A DNA stretch of 64,000 bases from an uncultured Pseudobdellovibrionaceae bacterium (GTDB taxonomy: Bacteria; Bdellovibrionota; Bdellovibrionia; Bdellovibrionales; UBA1609), in assembly GCA_964360255.1 (NCBI GenBank), contig CAYHVK010000005.1:24233-88232 (forward strand), in the 5' to 3' direction. Made by a program: the position numbers and the translations under genes. Of this stretch, positions 16,201 to 22,674 are shown piece after piece (position 1 is the stretch's first letter; every line of letters begins with the position of its first letter). The notes under the pieces are model-generated. The model was given only the letters and a program-made list of their open reading frames with translations. It was not told where the DNA came from and made no database searches.

Positions 16201-17162
16201 ATGGTGAGCTGATTTTAAAAACCAAGGCTGGGCAATCTACAGCTTACGAGTATGATGTCTACGGCAATCTGAAGCGGGCCATACTTCCAAATGCTTCAAT
16301 CATAGATTACATGATCGATGGCCGCGGCCGAAGAGCTGCTAAGAAGTTAAATGGCGTAATCACGCAGAGATTTATTTATCAATCGCAGTTGCAAGTTGCG
16401 GCAGAGCTCACTGGTGCCGGATCGGTTCGAGCAAGATTTGTGTACGGATCAAAAATGAATGTGCCTGATCATATGATTATGGGCGGGGTAACATACAAGA
16501 TTGTATCTGATCACTTGGGCTCGGTAAGATTAGTTCAGCGCTCTGATAACCGTCAGATTGTGCAAGAGATGACTTATGATGAGTTCGGCCGAGTGTTGAG
16601 TGATACAAATCCCGGCTTTCAGCCGTTTGGTTTTGCTGGTGGTATTTATGATCGGGATGCTGGGCTTGTCAGGTTCGGTGCCAGAGTGTATGATGCGGAG
16701 ATGGGACGCTGGCTTTCTAAAGATCCTATTCTGTTCAATGGCTTCGATTCGAATCTCTATGGCTACACTTTTTCAGATCCCGTAAACTTTGTAGATTTGT
16801 CAGGCCTTTCGGCTAAAGATGTCGTCCGCATACAACAAATATATGAAGATTACGTAAAAGAACTTACTGCACAGGGAAAAAGAGTTTCTCCTGGAGCGTG
16901 GAATAATTTTCAGTCAACTTTTGGTGCGGGTTATATGGGTTGCGGTGAGCAAGCAGCAGGCTTGGTGGCACGACTCAATGAAGCCAAAGTGAATAAGCAG
17001 TTTGAAGATGCCTGGACATTTGATGTAGGAGAATCTGGATGGTTTCAATTTAATGCTGTTTATCCTCCTGTGCATCAATATGTAACTGGGTCGTCAATGA
17101 ATCCAAATGATCCATCGATTATTGCTGATCCCCATAGACCTAGGTTTGAACAAAATAAATAG
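10281..17162 (+). CDS. secreted PKD-domain, teneurin-like (TTR/NHL/YD-shell) RHS-repeat polymorphic toxin
   Basis: ATG 10281 follows an AGAGG RBS and gives the signal peptide MLVTRRWTRLAVLICLNFMFLATSAVPISAQA; the track start is TTG 10233. Domains in order: two PKD repeats; TTR-like GGGSIVLRFERAGYLPIERRV; NHL-like LIVADRANDRLRKIE; many YD repeats (YSYDVNGNV, YDYDSNNNRL, YEYDVYGNL); RHS core VSDHLGSVRLV, ARVYDAEMGRWLSKDP, YGYTFSDPVNFVDLSGL; then a 117-aa tip. Confidence 0.92.
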   Translation: MLVTRRWTRLAVLICLNFMFLATSAVPISAQAAVTVTPLAKKVFPTHPKQNQYKSAQFNATAGSGYTMTVINGTGEDLTLKNCKSLGLFKRLFCNLENLVIKAKLKLRVDSGEIKINGVVVASSSQMKNTVKSFTVPVTLKATNKIEVKSKGFILSYVTVSISGSAQPPVNVPPVANFIHSVGPNRVVSFDASTSLDSDGSIASYSWNFGDNTTGSGILTTHTYASAGSFNASLTVTDNQGATAQKTVTVVIVPNAPPVANFTVAVNGFSAQFNASTSQDPDGSIASYNWDFGDSTTGTGVQPTHTYAAFGSYLVTLTVVDSLGAQGQIQQSITIADITPPVLTITKPDATLDTPFLEIAGTSNEALSEIRVNGEVLSLDAAKTSFSGSKIITQSGSFQLDFEARDLQGNITQVTRVVQVTLPQVPSTPDPIAPVISNNEIISFGDSYNFLFTGANPVQRNVAANALVDTQMSGVRGRVLVDGTPLDLVKVSAVGHPEFGETSTRTGGVFDFMFNGGGSIVLRFERAGYLPIERRVEASWNDYVSLDDVWLTQIDAVSTRIALSDAAQQVAVASRVQDDSGSRQAVIVVPPSTQAQLKFADGSTQTVSSLNFRTTEYTVGVNGPDRMPAPLPPQTLYTYAVEISADEALAAGATSVDFNQPVYYYVENFLNLPVGTNVPTGYYNKSSSNWVSSSDGRIIEVLSVSAGSAVITTNEARTPATAAELTALGVSTAELQMIGSRYTQGQSLWRVPMTHFTAYDCNWSGPRRDKANTVTPTKAPSTLSDKECKCEKPGCIINLGNQALGESLPVAGTSYSLNYYSDRVEGRQAERTVHVPIIGSQINTLDLDKIIVRMQILGRRFETQYNPAINLSHTFTWDGKDVFGRYVSGTHNAVVAISYQYDNSTYVPVPPTGTYSFGQPPSTVTGGPASRKPSIQTFEFNQDVTVPPLSSKEAIGGWSLNVHHKLDELGNNFYAGNDFVRENVSTKKIVRALANGFTNIRDLQVAPSGGTYIAEAAHIVRLNADGSRTVIAGDGATNFFNSSGPALSASLSIASFVVKSDNLFYISDTRGYIWRYENGQIYHQAGNPAGSDLFLIDAKTARFVTPGHIRLSPEGEIYFVDRGRRRIFKIDADNKLIHVAGTGLAGTTLEGAQAVTSNMDPRVIAIGEQGRIYVSTAISGLRSIIWTIDSAGALERLIGGGNNDPVDGSLGTDIQIEEITSLVLSDDERLFASSLSGVIGQADRRGILQIVANSEQEEGDTGDDGPAIEASFSAIGGIAFAGNGDLIVADRANDRLRKIEGFRPPGSTEKMVVSKNGSEVYIFNLQGRHLRTLDALTGDVLLYFDYNAQGHLIAVRDQFNNTTQIVRDSNSVPTQIVSPYGVITNVAVSNDELIRLTTPKGEIYRMSYLTGLLTSFENPKGGVNTFAYNGYGQLIADDNAAGGSMTLAMSLAQDKQVMTQTSAMGVKFEIISEVNDAGEKISTIVPASGGGFSDRYYKAGHQERNYSDGSTAGFEVAADPRFGMAGAYNRREVLLTQSGIQLDVGRTIIAPLSNPNDPFSYTNIVETTSSNGRVTTSDFDKASRTRTVVSPKGRVLQSKLNANSQLDEIAMSGIAPTTFNYDSRGRLQATAQGPRATSMTYNSAGYLESVTNSLNQTKSYSYDVNGNVLRETLPDNRFVQYSYDENGNLASVTPFGKSPHMFSYSVINQLTNYLPPELSGTPTVTQYHYDADRRIASIDRPDGQSIVNTYHPTSGLLQIQSSATDNISMTYFDGKVSTMNTEDLVGSSFFYDGSMMIRDTYTGVLSGYYARNFNSNLEIGNDDVNGQIVSYFYDVDGLLTNAGQQIYAYSNANTQLLSSTLGTVSDSFTYNTFGEMQTYSSANFSSSYTRDNLGRITNLGENQNGSIVNSAFIYDDAGRLVQVSKGGVVTNYDYDSNNNRLAKRINGAVVESGAYDEQDRAVSYNGNAYTYNLNGELILKTKAGQSTAYEYDVYGNLKRAILPNASIIDYMIDGRGRRAAKKLNGVITQRFIYQSQLQVAAELTGAGSVRARFVYGSKMNVPDHMIMGGVTYKIVSDHLGSVRLVQRSDNRQIVQEMTYDEFGRVLSDTNPGFQPFGFAGGIYDRDAGLVRFGARVYDAEMGRWLSKDPILFNGFDSNLYGYTFSDPVNFVDLSGLSAKDVVRIQQIYEDYVKELTAQGKRVSPGAWNNFQSTFGAGYMGCGEQAAGLVARLNEAKVNKQFEDAWTFDVGESGWFQFNAVYPPVHQYVTGSSMNPNDPSIIADPHRPRFEQNK
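10797..11300 (+). repeat. tandem 252-nt (84-aa) PKD-domain coding repeat inside the RHS gene
   Basis: Both units start PPVANF and contain FDASTS/FNASTSxDxDGSIASYxWxFGDxTTG...THTYA. They are diverged at the nucleotide level. Confidence 0.8.
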
Positions 17163-17176
17163 AGGTGAAATCTACC

Positions 17177-17536
17177 ATGATTAATTCTTTTGTTTGGATA
17201 TTTTTAGTTTTGATTGTGGCTGGCCCACCTTTGATTATGGGAAATGCTTTGGAGGAAGTAGGAATAGTTTTTCTCATTGGTTTGATTTTAACGTCGATTA
17301 GCGAAGGGCTACGTCGAAAAACAACCTGGCAACATAAGTTCAATGTGATAACTGGTATTTTGTTGGGCCTAGTTTATTTTGCGATTGGATTTCCAAGCCT
17401 TAAAAAGCCAGACGGAGAAATTCCTATGAAATATTTAGCATTACTTATCGCTTTCTCAGCACTACCAATTTTATTGGTAGTGCTTATTAAAAAAAATTCG
17501 TCCAAAAAAACTATTTCCTCTATTCTAAATCGATAG
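17177..17536 (+). CDS. four-TM small membrane protein, putative cognate immunity protein of the RHS tip
   Basis: ATG 17177 is preceded by AGAGGTGA, which overlaps the RHS stop; the track start is GTG 17165. 119 aa with four hydrophobic helices. It sits immediately 3' of the toxin gene. No homology evidence. Confidence 0.6.
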   Translation: MINSFVWIFLVLIVAGPPLIMGNALEEVGIVFLIGLILTSISEGLRRKTTWQHKFNVITGILLGLVYFAIGFPSLKKPDGEIPMKYLALLIAFSALPILLVVLIKKNSSKKTISSILNR

Positions 17537-17746
17537 CGCGGAATTTATCTATACTCCGACACAAAAGATAAAAATCTCTGGTTGAGAGAAAAATATGGGG
17601 CCAAGAGCTACTTCTGCGCATATAGCGACTTACCACTTTTGCCAAGAGACATAGGTAACACTTTTATATTCTGACGAATCATTTTAGATGGACGGACATG
17701 GTTAATATATATCTTGCCATATTATGGATTGCTTTTAGAATAATCT

Positions 17747-18274
17747 ATGACTAATGAAATTAATTTGTTAAAAAAATGTCCCATATGTGCTGAGGAAGTC
17801 AAATCGGATGCATTGAAGTGTAAGTATTGTGCACATTGGTTTAGTGTCAAAAGTGTATTGCGTCGTTATCCTGGATTGCCACTGCTAATTTTATTTCTTT
17901 TAGTTTATTATGTTTTTTTCGAAGTCATTATTAAGCAGGATTTGGCTTTAAATATTAAGCAGTTTGATCCAAAAGTAAGTGGAGTCATTGTAGAAAAGCA
18001 TGAGTTGATGCAGAAACATCCCATAATTAATATTATTGGGAAAATAGCAAACACAGGTTCTGATAGTTGGTCTGGGATTCGTGTAGATGCTATTCTCTAC
18101 GATAAGAATGGTAAAACGATAGATATTCTACAAGGATATATTTCTGGGAGATTATCGCCGGGAGAGACTCGAGACTTTGCAATTAAAAGTTCAAGTTGCC
18201 AGAAAAATACAGAACCAGTGGCATTCCATTCATATAAAATAGTAGTTCAGAACGCTTTATCTGAAGTTTATTGA
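17747..18274 (+). CDS. zinc-ribbon / TM / FxLYD-domain protein
   Basis: N-terminal CPICAEEVKSDALKCKYCAHW zinc ribbon, one TM helix, and a C-terminal beta domain with AILYDKNGK (FxLYD-type motif). Visibly low GC. Confidence 0.7.
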   Translation: MTNEINLLKKCPICAEEVKSDALKCKYCAHWFSVKSVLRRYPGLPLLILFLLVYYVFFEVIIKQDLALNIKQFDPKVSGVIVEKHELMQKHPIINIIGKIANTGSDSWSGIRVDAILYDKNGKTIDILQGYISGRLSPGETRDFAIKSSSCQKNTEPVAFHSYKIVVQNALSEVY

Positions 18275-18318
18275 AATCATGGGATGCCGCAGAGCGCTCC
18301 ATATCACAGATAAAATAT

Positions 18319-18439
18319 CAAAATGAGAATGGCTAAGCAGTTATAATAAATAACACTAATTTATCCAACAAATAGCCATATGAGTCTGCACCTAGTTGTT
18401 ATTATTGTTACATTAAGTTCTTTCGCACTAATTAATTGA
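18319..18439 (+). repeat. duplicated leader plus start-codon fossil of the downstream DUF3857 gene
   Basis: 18319-18386 parallels 18482-18548. Both have identical CAAAATGAGA and CATATGAGTC ends and a 29-nt middle block that is 25/29 identical. Copy 1 opens a 19-codon ORF (MSLHLVVIIVTLSSFALIN) that looks like a truncated signal peptide. Confidence 0.5.
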
Positions 18440-18541
18440 TGTCATTGGTCGGGTTGCTTGCTGCGTTAACAACTCAAATCCCAAAATGAGAAATTGAAAT
18501 ACAGCTGTAATAAATAAAACAAATTTATCCGATTAATTCAT

Positions 18542-21500
18542 ATGAGTCATTTCTTTGCTGCTATAAGCGCTCTGCTCTTTTTTGCCAATTCTTGGGCACA
18601 GTCTACACCTTCACTTGCGCCGCCATCGCCTATCGAAATACCAATAGCGATTACCAATCAAAAAACAGATATTACCGTACATAAAAATGGTACCGGAGAA
18701 GAAGTCACAGAGGTTGAATTTGAAATTCTGTCAGAGCAAGGTCGTCAGGCGCTGAGTTTATATCCGATTCAATACAGGCCATCGAAAGAGTCAATTGAGA
18801 TCCTTTCGGCTTTTATCAGTACAAAAGGTTTAGTTGATCGTGTTCCGAAGAAAAAAATTATAGATAAATCGATTGCCAACACGAAACTTGGCATTACAGA
18901 TCAGAGGCAGATTACTATTCCTCTTGAGGGTTTAAAAGTTAAATCTCGTATTACTCTTCGCTATAAAAAGAGAGTTAAAGTACCTACTTTAACCAATGTA
19001 TTTGATCTTGATTCTTCTTTTGGTGCGTTGGCTCCGCAAAAAACGGCTTCTATAAAAATTAAAAGCGCGATGCCTTTATATATTCAAAAGAATGATCCGG
19101 CAAATTCTTTGGTAGTGGTTTCAAGTCAAGAAAAGCAGTGGCATGTCATCGAAGTGAATTTGGTCAAGCCAGTTTTTTCTATGCTTGTGGCTAAAGCAAA
19201 AAGTGGTCAGCAGATTATGCCAGCTGACATTGAGGCCATACCTCGAATCAAGATTTCATCTCTATCTACGTGGAATGAATTTAAATCATTGATTGATGCT
19301 AACTACCAAAAGCGTATAGCAGAGCCAGTTTCAGCAGATATCAAGAAATTGATAGCGCAATTACAACGCGAGAAAAATTTAGAGGATAAAATTGTTAAAA
19401 CTCGTCAGTGGCTAAAAAATAACTTTGTATATTCTGGTCGCTGGACATCAGGGCAAGCTGATTGGATACCAAGATCGATAAACGAAATCGCTGGCAGCAA
19501 AGTTGGCGACTGCAAAGACTTGTCTCTATTGTTTGTAAGAATATTACGTGAAGTTGGGTTGAAAGCTGATATTGCTTTTGTAGGAGTCCCTTCAGAAGAT
19601 ATTGAGCAAATGTTAGCAATGAGCCCGATTGTTGTAAAAGCACCAATGGCTTCGTTAACGTACTTCAATCACGCCATCGCACGAATTGAACTGCAGGGTA
19701 AAGAGATGTTTTTAGACCCAACTCTGCCTTTTACTCAAGGCTCTCGCTCAGATCTTCATTTGCATGGTAAATCCTATTGGTACACAGGTAGTAATACCGG
19801 TTTAAAGAAGATAGCTCTGACTTCAGATAAATCAGATATTGAAAATAACATAACAAAAGATATTGATGGTTATTCTGTTAAAACGCGTTTGAAACTGCGC
19901 GGTTCGCTAGCAAGCTATTTAAGTTCATTAAAGCCCGATAGTGATGATTTTTTCAAAGTTGCAACATCTTTAGCTGGTTTCTCAGATGCAAAGAAAATTT
20001 CATTGAAAGTTATTGATAGAAAAATATCCCCGGATGATTTTTATGATATTGAAGTCAGTTATATAGATACAAAGCATTTTAAGAAAAAAGAGAGTGAGAC
20101 AGTGTTCGCTAAGCTCGCGAACATGCCTGTTTTTTATATGAATACTATTGCGAAGGGTATTGTCCCATATAGTATTGAATTTCCTTTCGAGCTAAATGTT
20201 AAAACTTCTGTGCCAGGACAGTACGTAAATAATGAAACAAAAAAAGACTGTATAGCACTAGGAATGCTAGCGAATTATCGCCGCATGGTACAAAACAACT
20301 CACAAGGCTATACGATTACTGAAGGTTTTCAGTCTGTTTTAGATAATACTATTCTTGACCCAGCAAATATTCAGATGGTTCCCTACAATCAGTCTGACCT
20401 GGTAAAGTGTTTCGCAAATGTATCTGTTGAATCTGTTGCTAAAAATACGGCAGATGCAAAGCAGGTCGTATTTGATGATAAGATAGATCCGAATCCAGAT
20501 CTTGATGAAGAGCTGATAGATAGTAGTAATTCTACCGATTTTTATTTACAGCAAAGGCGCAGGCTCTTAGTTTTGATCGCTAAAAATCCTAAAGAAGCTA
20601 AGTATTTTATAAAGCTTGGTAGAACCACTAGGCACCTAGGTATGATTCACAGTGATCTCTACCAGACTGGTTTTCTGAATGAAGCGCGCGATTGGATTAA
20701 TAAAGGTCTTCACATAGACAATCGAAATGCAGAGGGATGGACCAGCCTAGGTTTTACAGAGTACGGCCGTAATGATCTTGCTAGGGCTACGAGTTACGCG
20801 AATCTAGGTATGAAGTTGAATCCTAAAAATTCGCATGCGTATTATCTTGCCGCTTTGATTTACGAAAAATCTAAAAATGTTAAAAGCGCAATAGAGTATT
20901 ATCAGCTGGCTGAGAAGCATGCCGCAACTCATCGGCAAAAATCCATCGCCATATTAGGTCAGCTTGGCATGATATGCGATAATAAGATCTGTAATCCTTC
21001 CGCTAGAGAACTTGCTGAAAAATTACTTTTAACTAACCCAGAAGACGCCTGGAATATTCACAATACTTCTATTTATATTTCTTATTTAGGTGATTATATT
21101 CGTGCCGCAGAACTCGAACGCAAAGCTTTAAAGAAAATGAATTTCGGAGCGGCTAGAAGTAACTTGGTGGGTATTCTTGGAAATCATTTTAGAAAAATAA
21201 GAGAAAGTGAGTCAGGTGATATTTCAACTTTAGGGCGTTTGGCTGAAGAAGCTTTTGCCCTCGAGCCGGAAAAGCCTCAGGTCTTAAGCATTATGTTTTG
21301 GTATTATCATGATAAAGCTAAAGCAGAAAATAAACCTGAGTATATGCAAAGAGCTGCCGTATATCTTGAAAAGCTACGCCCTTCTATTAGTGCTGAAGAA
21401 TATAAAGAGTATCTTGTGTACTTAAACTGGTCGAATGGACAAGTGGTTCGACAAGAGCGAGTTACATCAAGTGAGTATAATACTAAATCAGCAGGTTATG

Positions 21501-21793
21501 AAGAAGAAGCTAAGCTGAGTCGTATGGATACCCAGACTCCTGAAGCTAAAATTTATGATAGAGAAGCCACTTACGCGATGACGGATGCGATCGAAAAAGC
21601 CATTATTAAATGTAATCTTGATGATTCTGTGAATTATAAGGCTGTGGTAAAAATTGGTTCAGACGGGACAATCGAAGACTGGACGGGTGAGCTTTCAAAC
21701 GAAGATAACACTTGCATCAGATCAGTGATGAAGGGCTCTAAAACTGTTAAGCCACCGAAGGCTCCCTTTCGCTTAATATTTGATTCTGAATAA
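18542..21793 (+). CDS. secreted DUF3857-like / transglutaminase-like cysteine protease / TPR protein with AgmX/PglI-like C-terminal domain
   Basis: 1083 aa with a signal peptide. Transglutaminase-core triad context: GDCKDLSLLFVRILREVGLKA, FNHAIARIE, FLDPT. TPR-like helical repeats at about 20560-21420. The C-terminal roughly 70 aa carry two Cys (KCNLDD...GSDGTIEDW...TCIRSVM...PPKAPFRLIF). Confidence 0.85.
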   Translation: MSHFFAAISALLFFANSWAQSTPSLAPPSPIEIPIAITNQKTDITVHKNGTGEEVTEVEFEILSEQGRQALSLYPIQYRPSKESIEILSAFISTKGLVDRVPKKKIIDKSIANTKLGITDQRQITIPLEGLKVKSRITLRYKKRVKVPTLTNVFDLDSSFGALAPQKTASIKIKSAMPLYIQKNDPANSLVVVSSQEKQWHVIEVNLVKPVFSMLVAKAKSGQQIMPADIEAIPRIKISSLSTWNEFKSLIDANYQKRIAEPVSADIKKLIAQLQREKNLEDKIVKTRQWLKNNFVYSGRWTSGQADWIPRSINEIAGSKVGDCKDLSLLFVRILREVGLKADIAFVGVPSEDIEQMLAMSPIVVKAPMASLTYFNHAIARIELQGKEMFLDPTLPFTQGSRSDLHLHGKSYWYTGSNTGLKKIALTSDKSDIENNITKDIDGYSVKTRLKLRGSLASYLSSLKPDSDDFFKVATSLAGFSDAKKISLKVIDRKISPDDFYDIEVSYIDTKHFKKKESETVFAKLANMPVFYMNTIAKGIVPYSIEFPFELNVKTSVPGQYVNNETKKDCIALGMLANYRRMVQNNSQGYTITEGFQSVLDNTILDPANIQMVPYNQSDLVKCFANVSVESVAKNTADAKQVVFDDKIDPNPDLDEELIDSSNSTDFYLQQRRRLLVLIAKNPKEAKYFIKLGRTTRHLGMIHSDLYQTGFLNEARDWINKGLHIDNRNAEGWTSLGFTEYGRNDLARATSYANLGMKLNPKNSHAYYLAALIYEKSKNVKSAIEYYQLAEKHAATHRQKSIAILGQLGMICDNKICNPSARELAEKLLLTNPEDAWNIHNTSIYISYLGDYIRAAELERKALKKMNFGAARSNLVGILGNHFRKIRESESGDISTLGRLAEEAFALEPEKPQVLSIMFWYYHDKAKAENKPEYMQRAAVYLEKLRPSISAEEYKEYLVYLNWSNGQVVRQERVTSSEYNTKSAGYEEEAKLSRMDTQTPEAKIYDREATYAMTDAIEKAIIKCNLDDSVNYKAVVKIGSDGTIEDWTGELSNEDNTCIRSVMKGSKTVKPPKAPFRLIFDSE

Positions 21794-21999
21794 TGGTCTA
21801 ATAAAATATCATGCCACTCTCAAAACAATCCGTCGCAAAATGAGATAAGTCTCAAAAAAATATCCAAGTGTGTATTATTACGAACCCTTCTGTCGTTTTT
21901 TTTCTTAGCGATTATGACACTGCTATAATAATTGAAGCATCAAGTTGTATGTAATCTGAACTATTCTTTTTTCCACTTTCAATAAAAAATGGAGAGCTT

Positions 22000-22524
22000 A
22001 TGAAGAGTTCTGTGCATATGATTTCTATTGTCTTGGTTTCGGGCCTGCTGCTCACTGCCTGTAATGGTGGAGGTGGTGCTGATTCGACAAGCGAGGCCTC
22101 AAGCTCATTAACCAATAGCGCAAAAGTGGCTTATGAAGATGCAACATTTGAAGAGGTCGCTGATCATGTTCAGAGTTGTCATGGCAATAAGATCTGCGTG
22201 ACCATCTGTCATCGTCCTCCGGGCAATCCTGACAATTCTAAAACCTTAACTTTACCGCTTCAGGCGGCCAATGCGCATTTGAAGCATGGCGGCTCTGAGC
22301 ACCAAGATAAAGACTATTTAGGTGCATGTGATGACGGTGATGGCGATAGTGATGACGGCTCGGGCGGCACAGACGACGGATCAGGTGACGGTAGCGATGA
22401 TGGCTCTGGTAGCACTGACGATGGGTCAGGCGGTACAGATATTCCGGCGTGGTGTTTACCGTTCATTAATTACGATAGTAATTGTGATGGTATTCATGAC
22501 GAAACAGGTGAGTCGTATTTTTAA
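22000..22524 (+). CDS. lipoprotein with CHxPPGNP motif and D/G/S-rich repeats
   Basis: GGAGAG RBS. Lipobox LLTAC followed by NGGGG. Motif ICVTICHRPPGNPDNSKTLTLPLQAANAHLKHGG...YLGACDD. Repeats DDGSGGTDDGSGDGSDDGSGSTDDGSGGTD. Confidence 0.75.
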   Translation: MKSSVHMISIVLVSGLLLTACNGGGGADSTSEASSSLTNSAKVAYEDATFEEVADHVQSCHGNKICVTICHRPPGNPDNSKTLTLPLQAANAHLKHGGSEHQDKDYLGACDDGDGDSDDGSGGTDDGSGDGSDDGSGSTDDGSGGTDIPAWCLPFINYDSNCDGIHDETGESYF

Positions 22525-22674
22525 GTCTTAACCATTTACCAAAATAATAGAGAAATTTCTGTTCATGTGCGGTGTGTCACTAAGAGCTGAGTACCAAGAC
22601 CAAAAACCTCGGTAGACGTCTGGTCTATATTAAAAACGTTTGTAATAGCTGAAGAATAACTCAAAAATAAATCT

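Noticed and set aside
22322-22531. Periodic DNA at 22330-22440 considered as a tandem repeat or CRISPR-like array, plus the 69-aa alternative-frame ORF
   Set aside because: The periodicity is the coding repeat DDGSG(G/S)T of the lipoprotein. There is no repeat/spacer organisation, and the alternative frame has no support.
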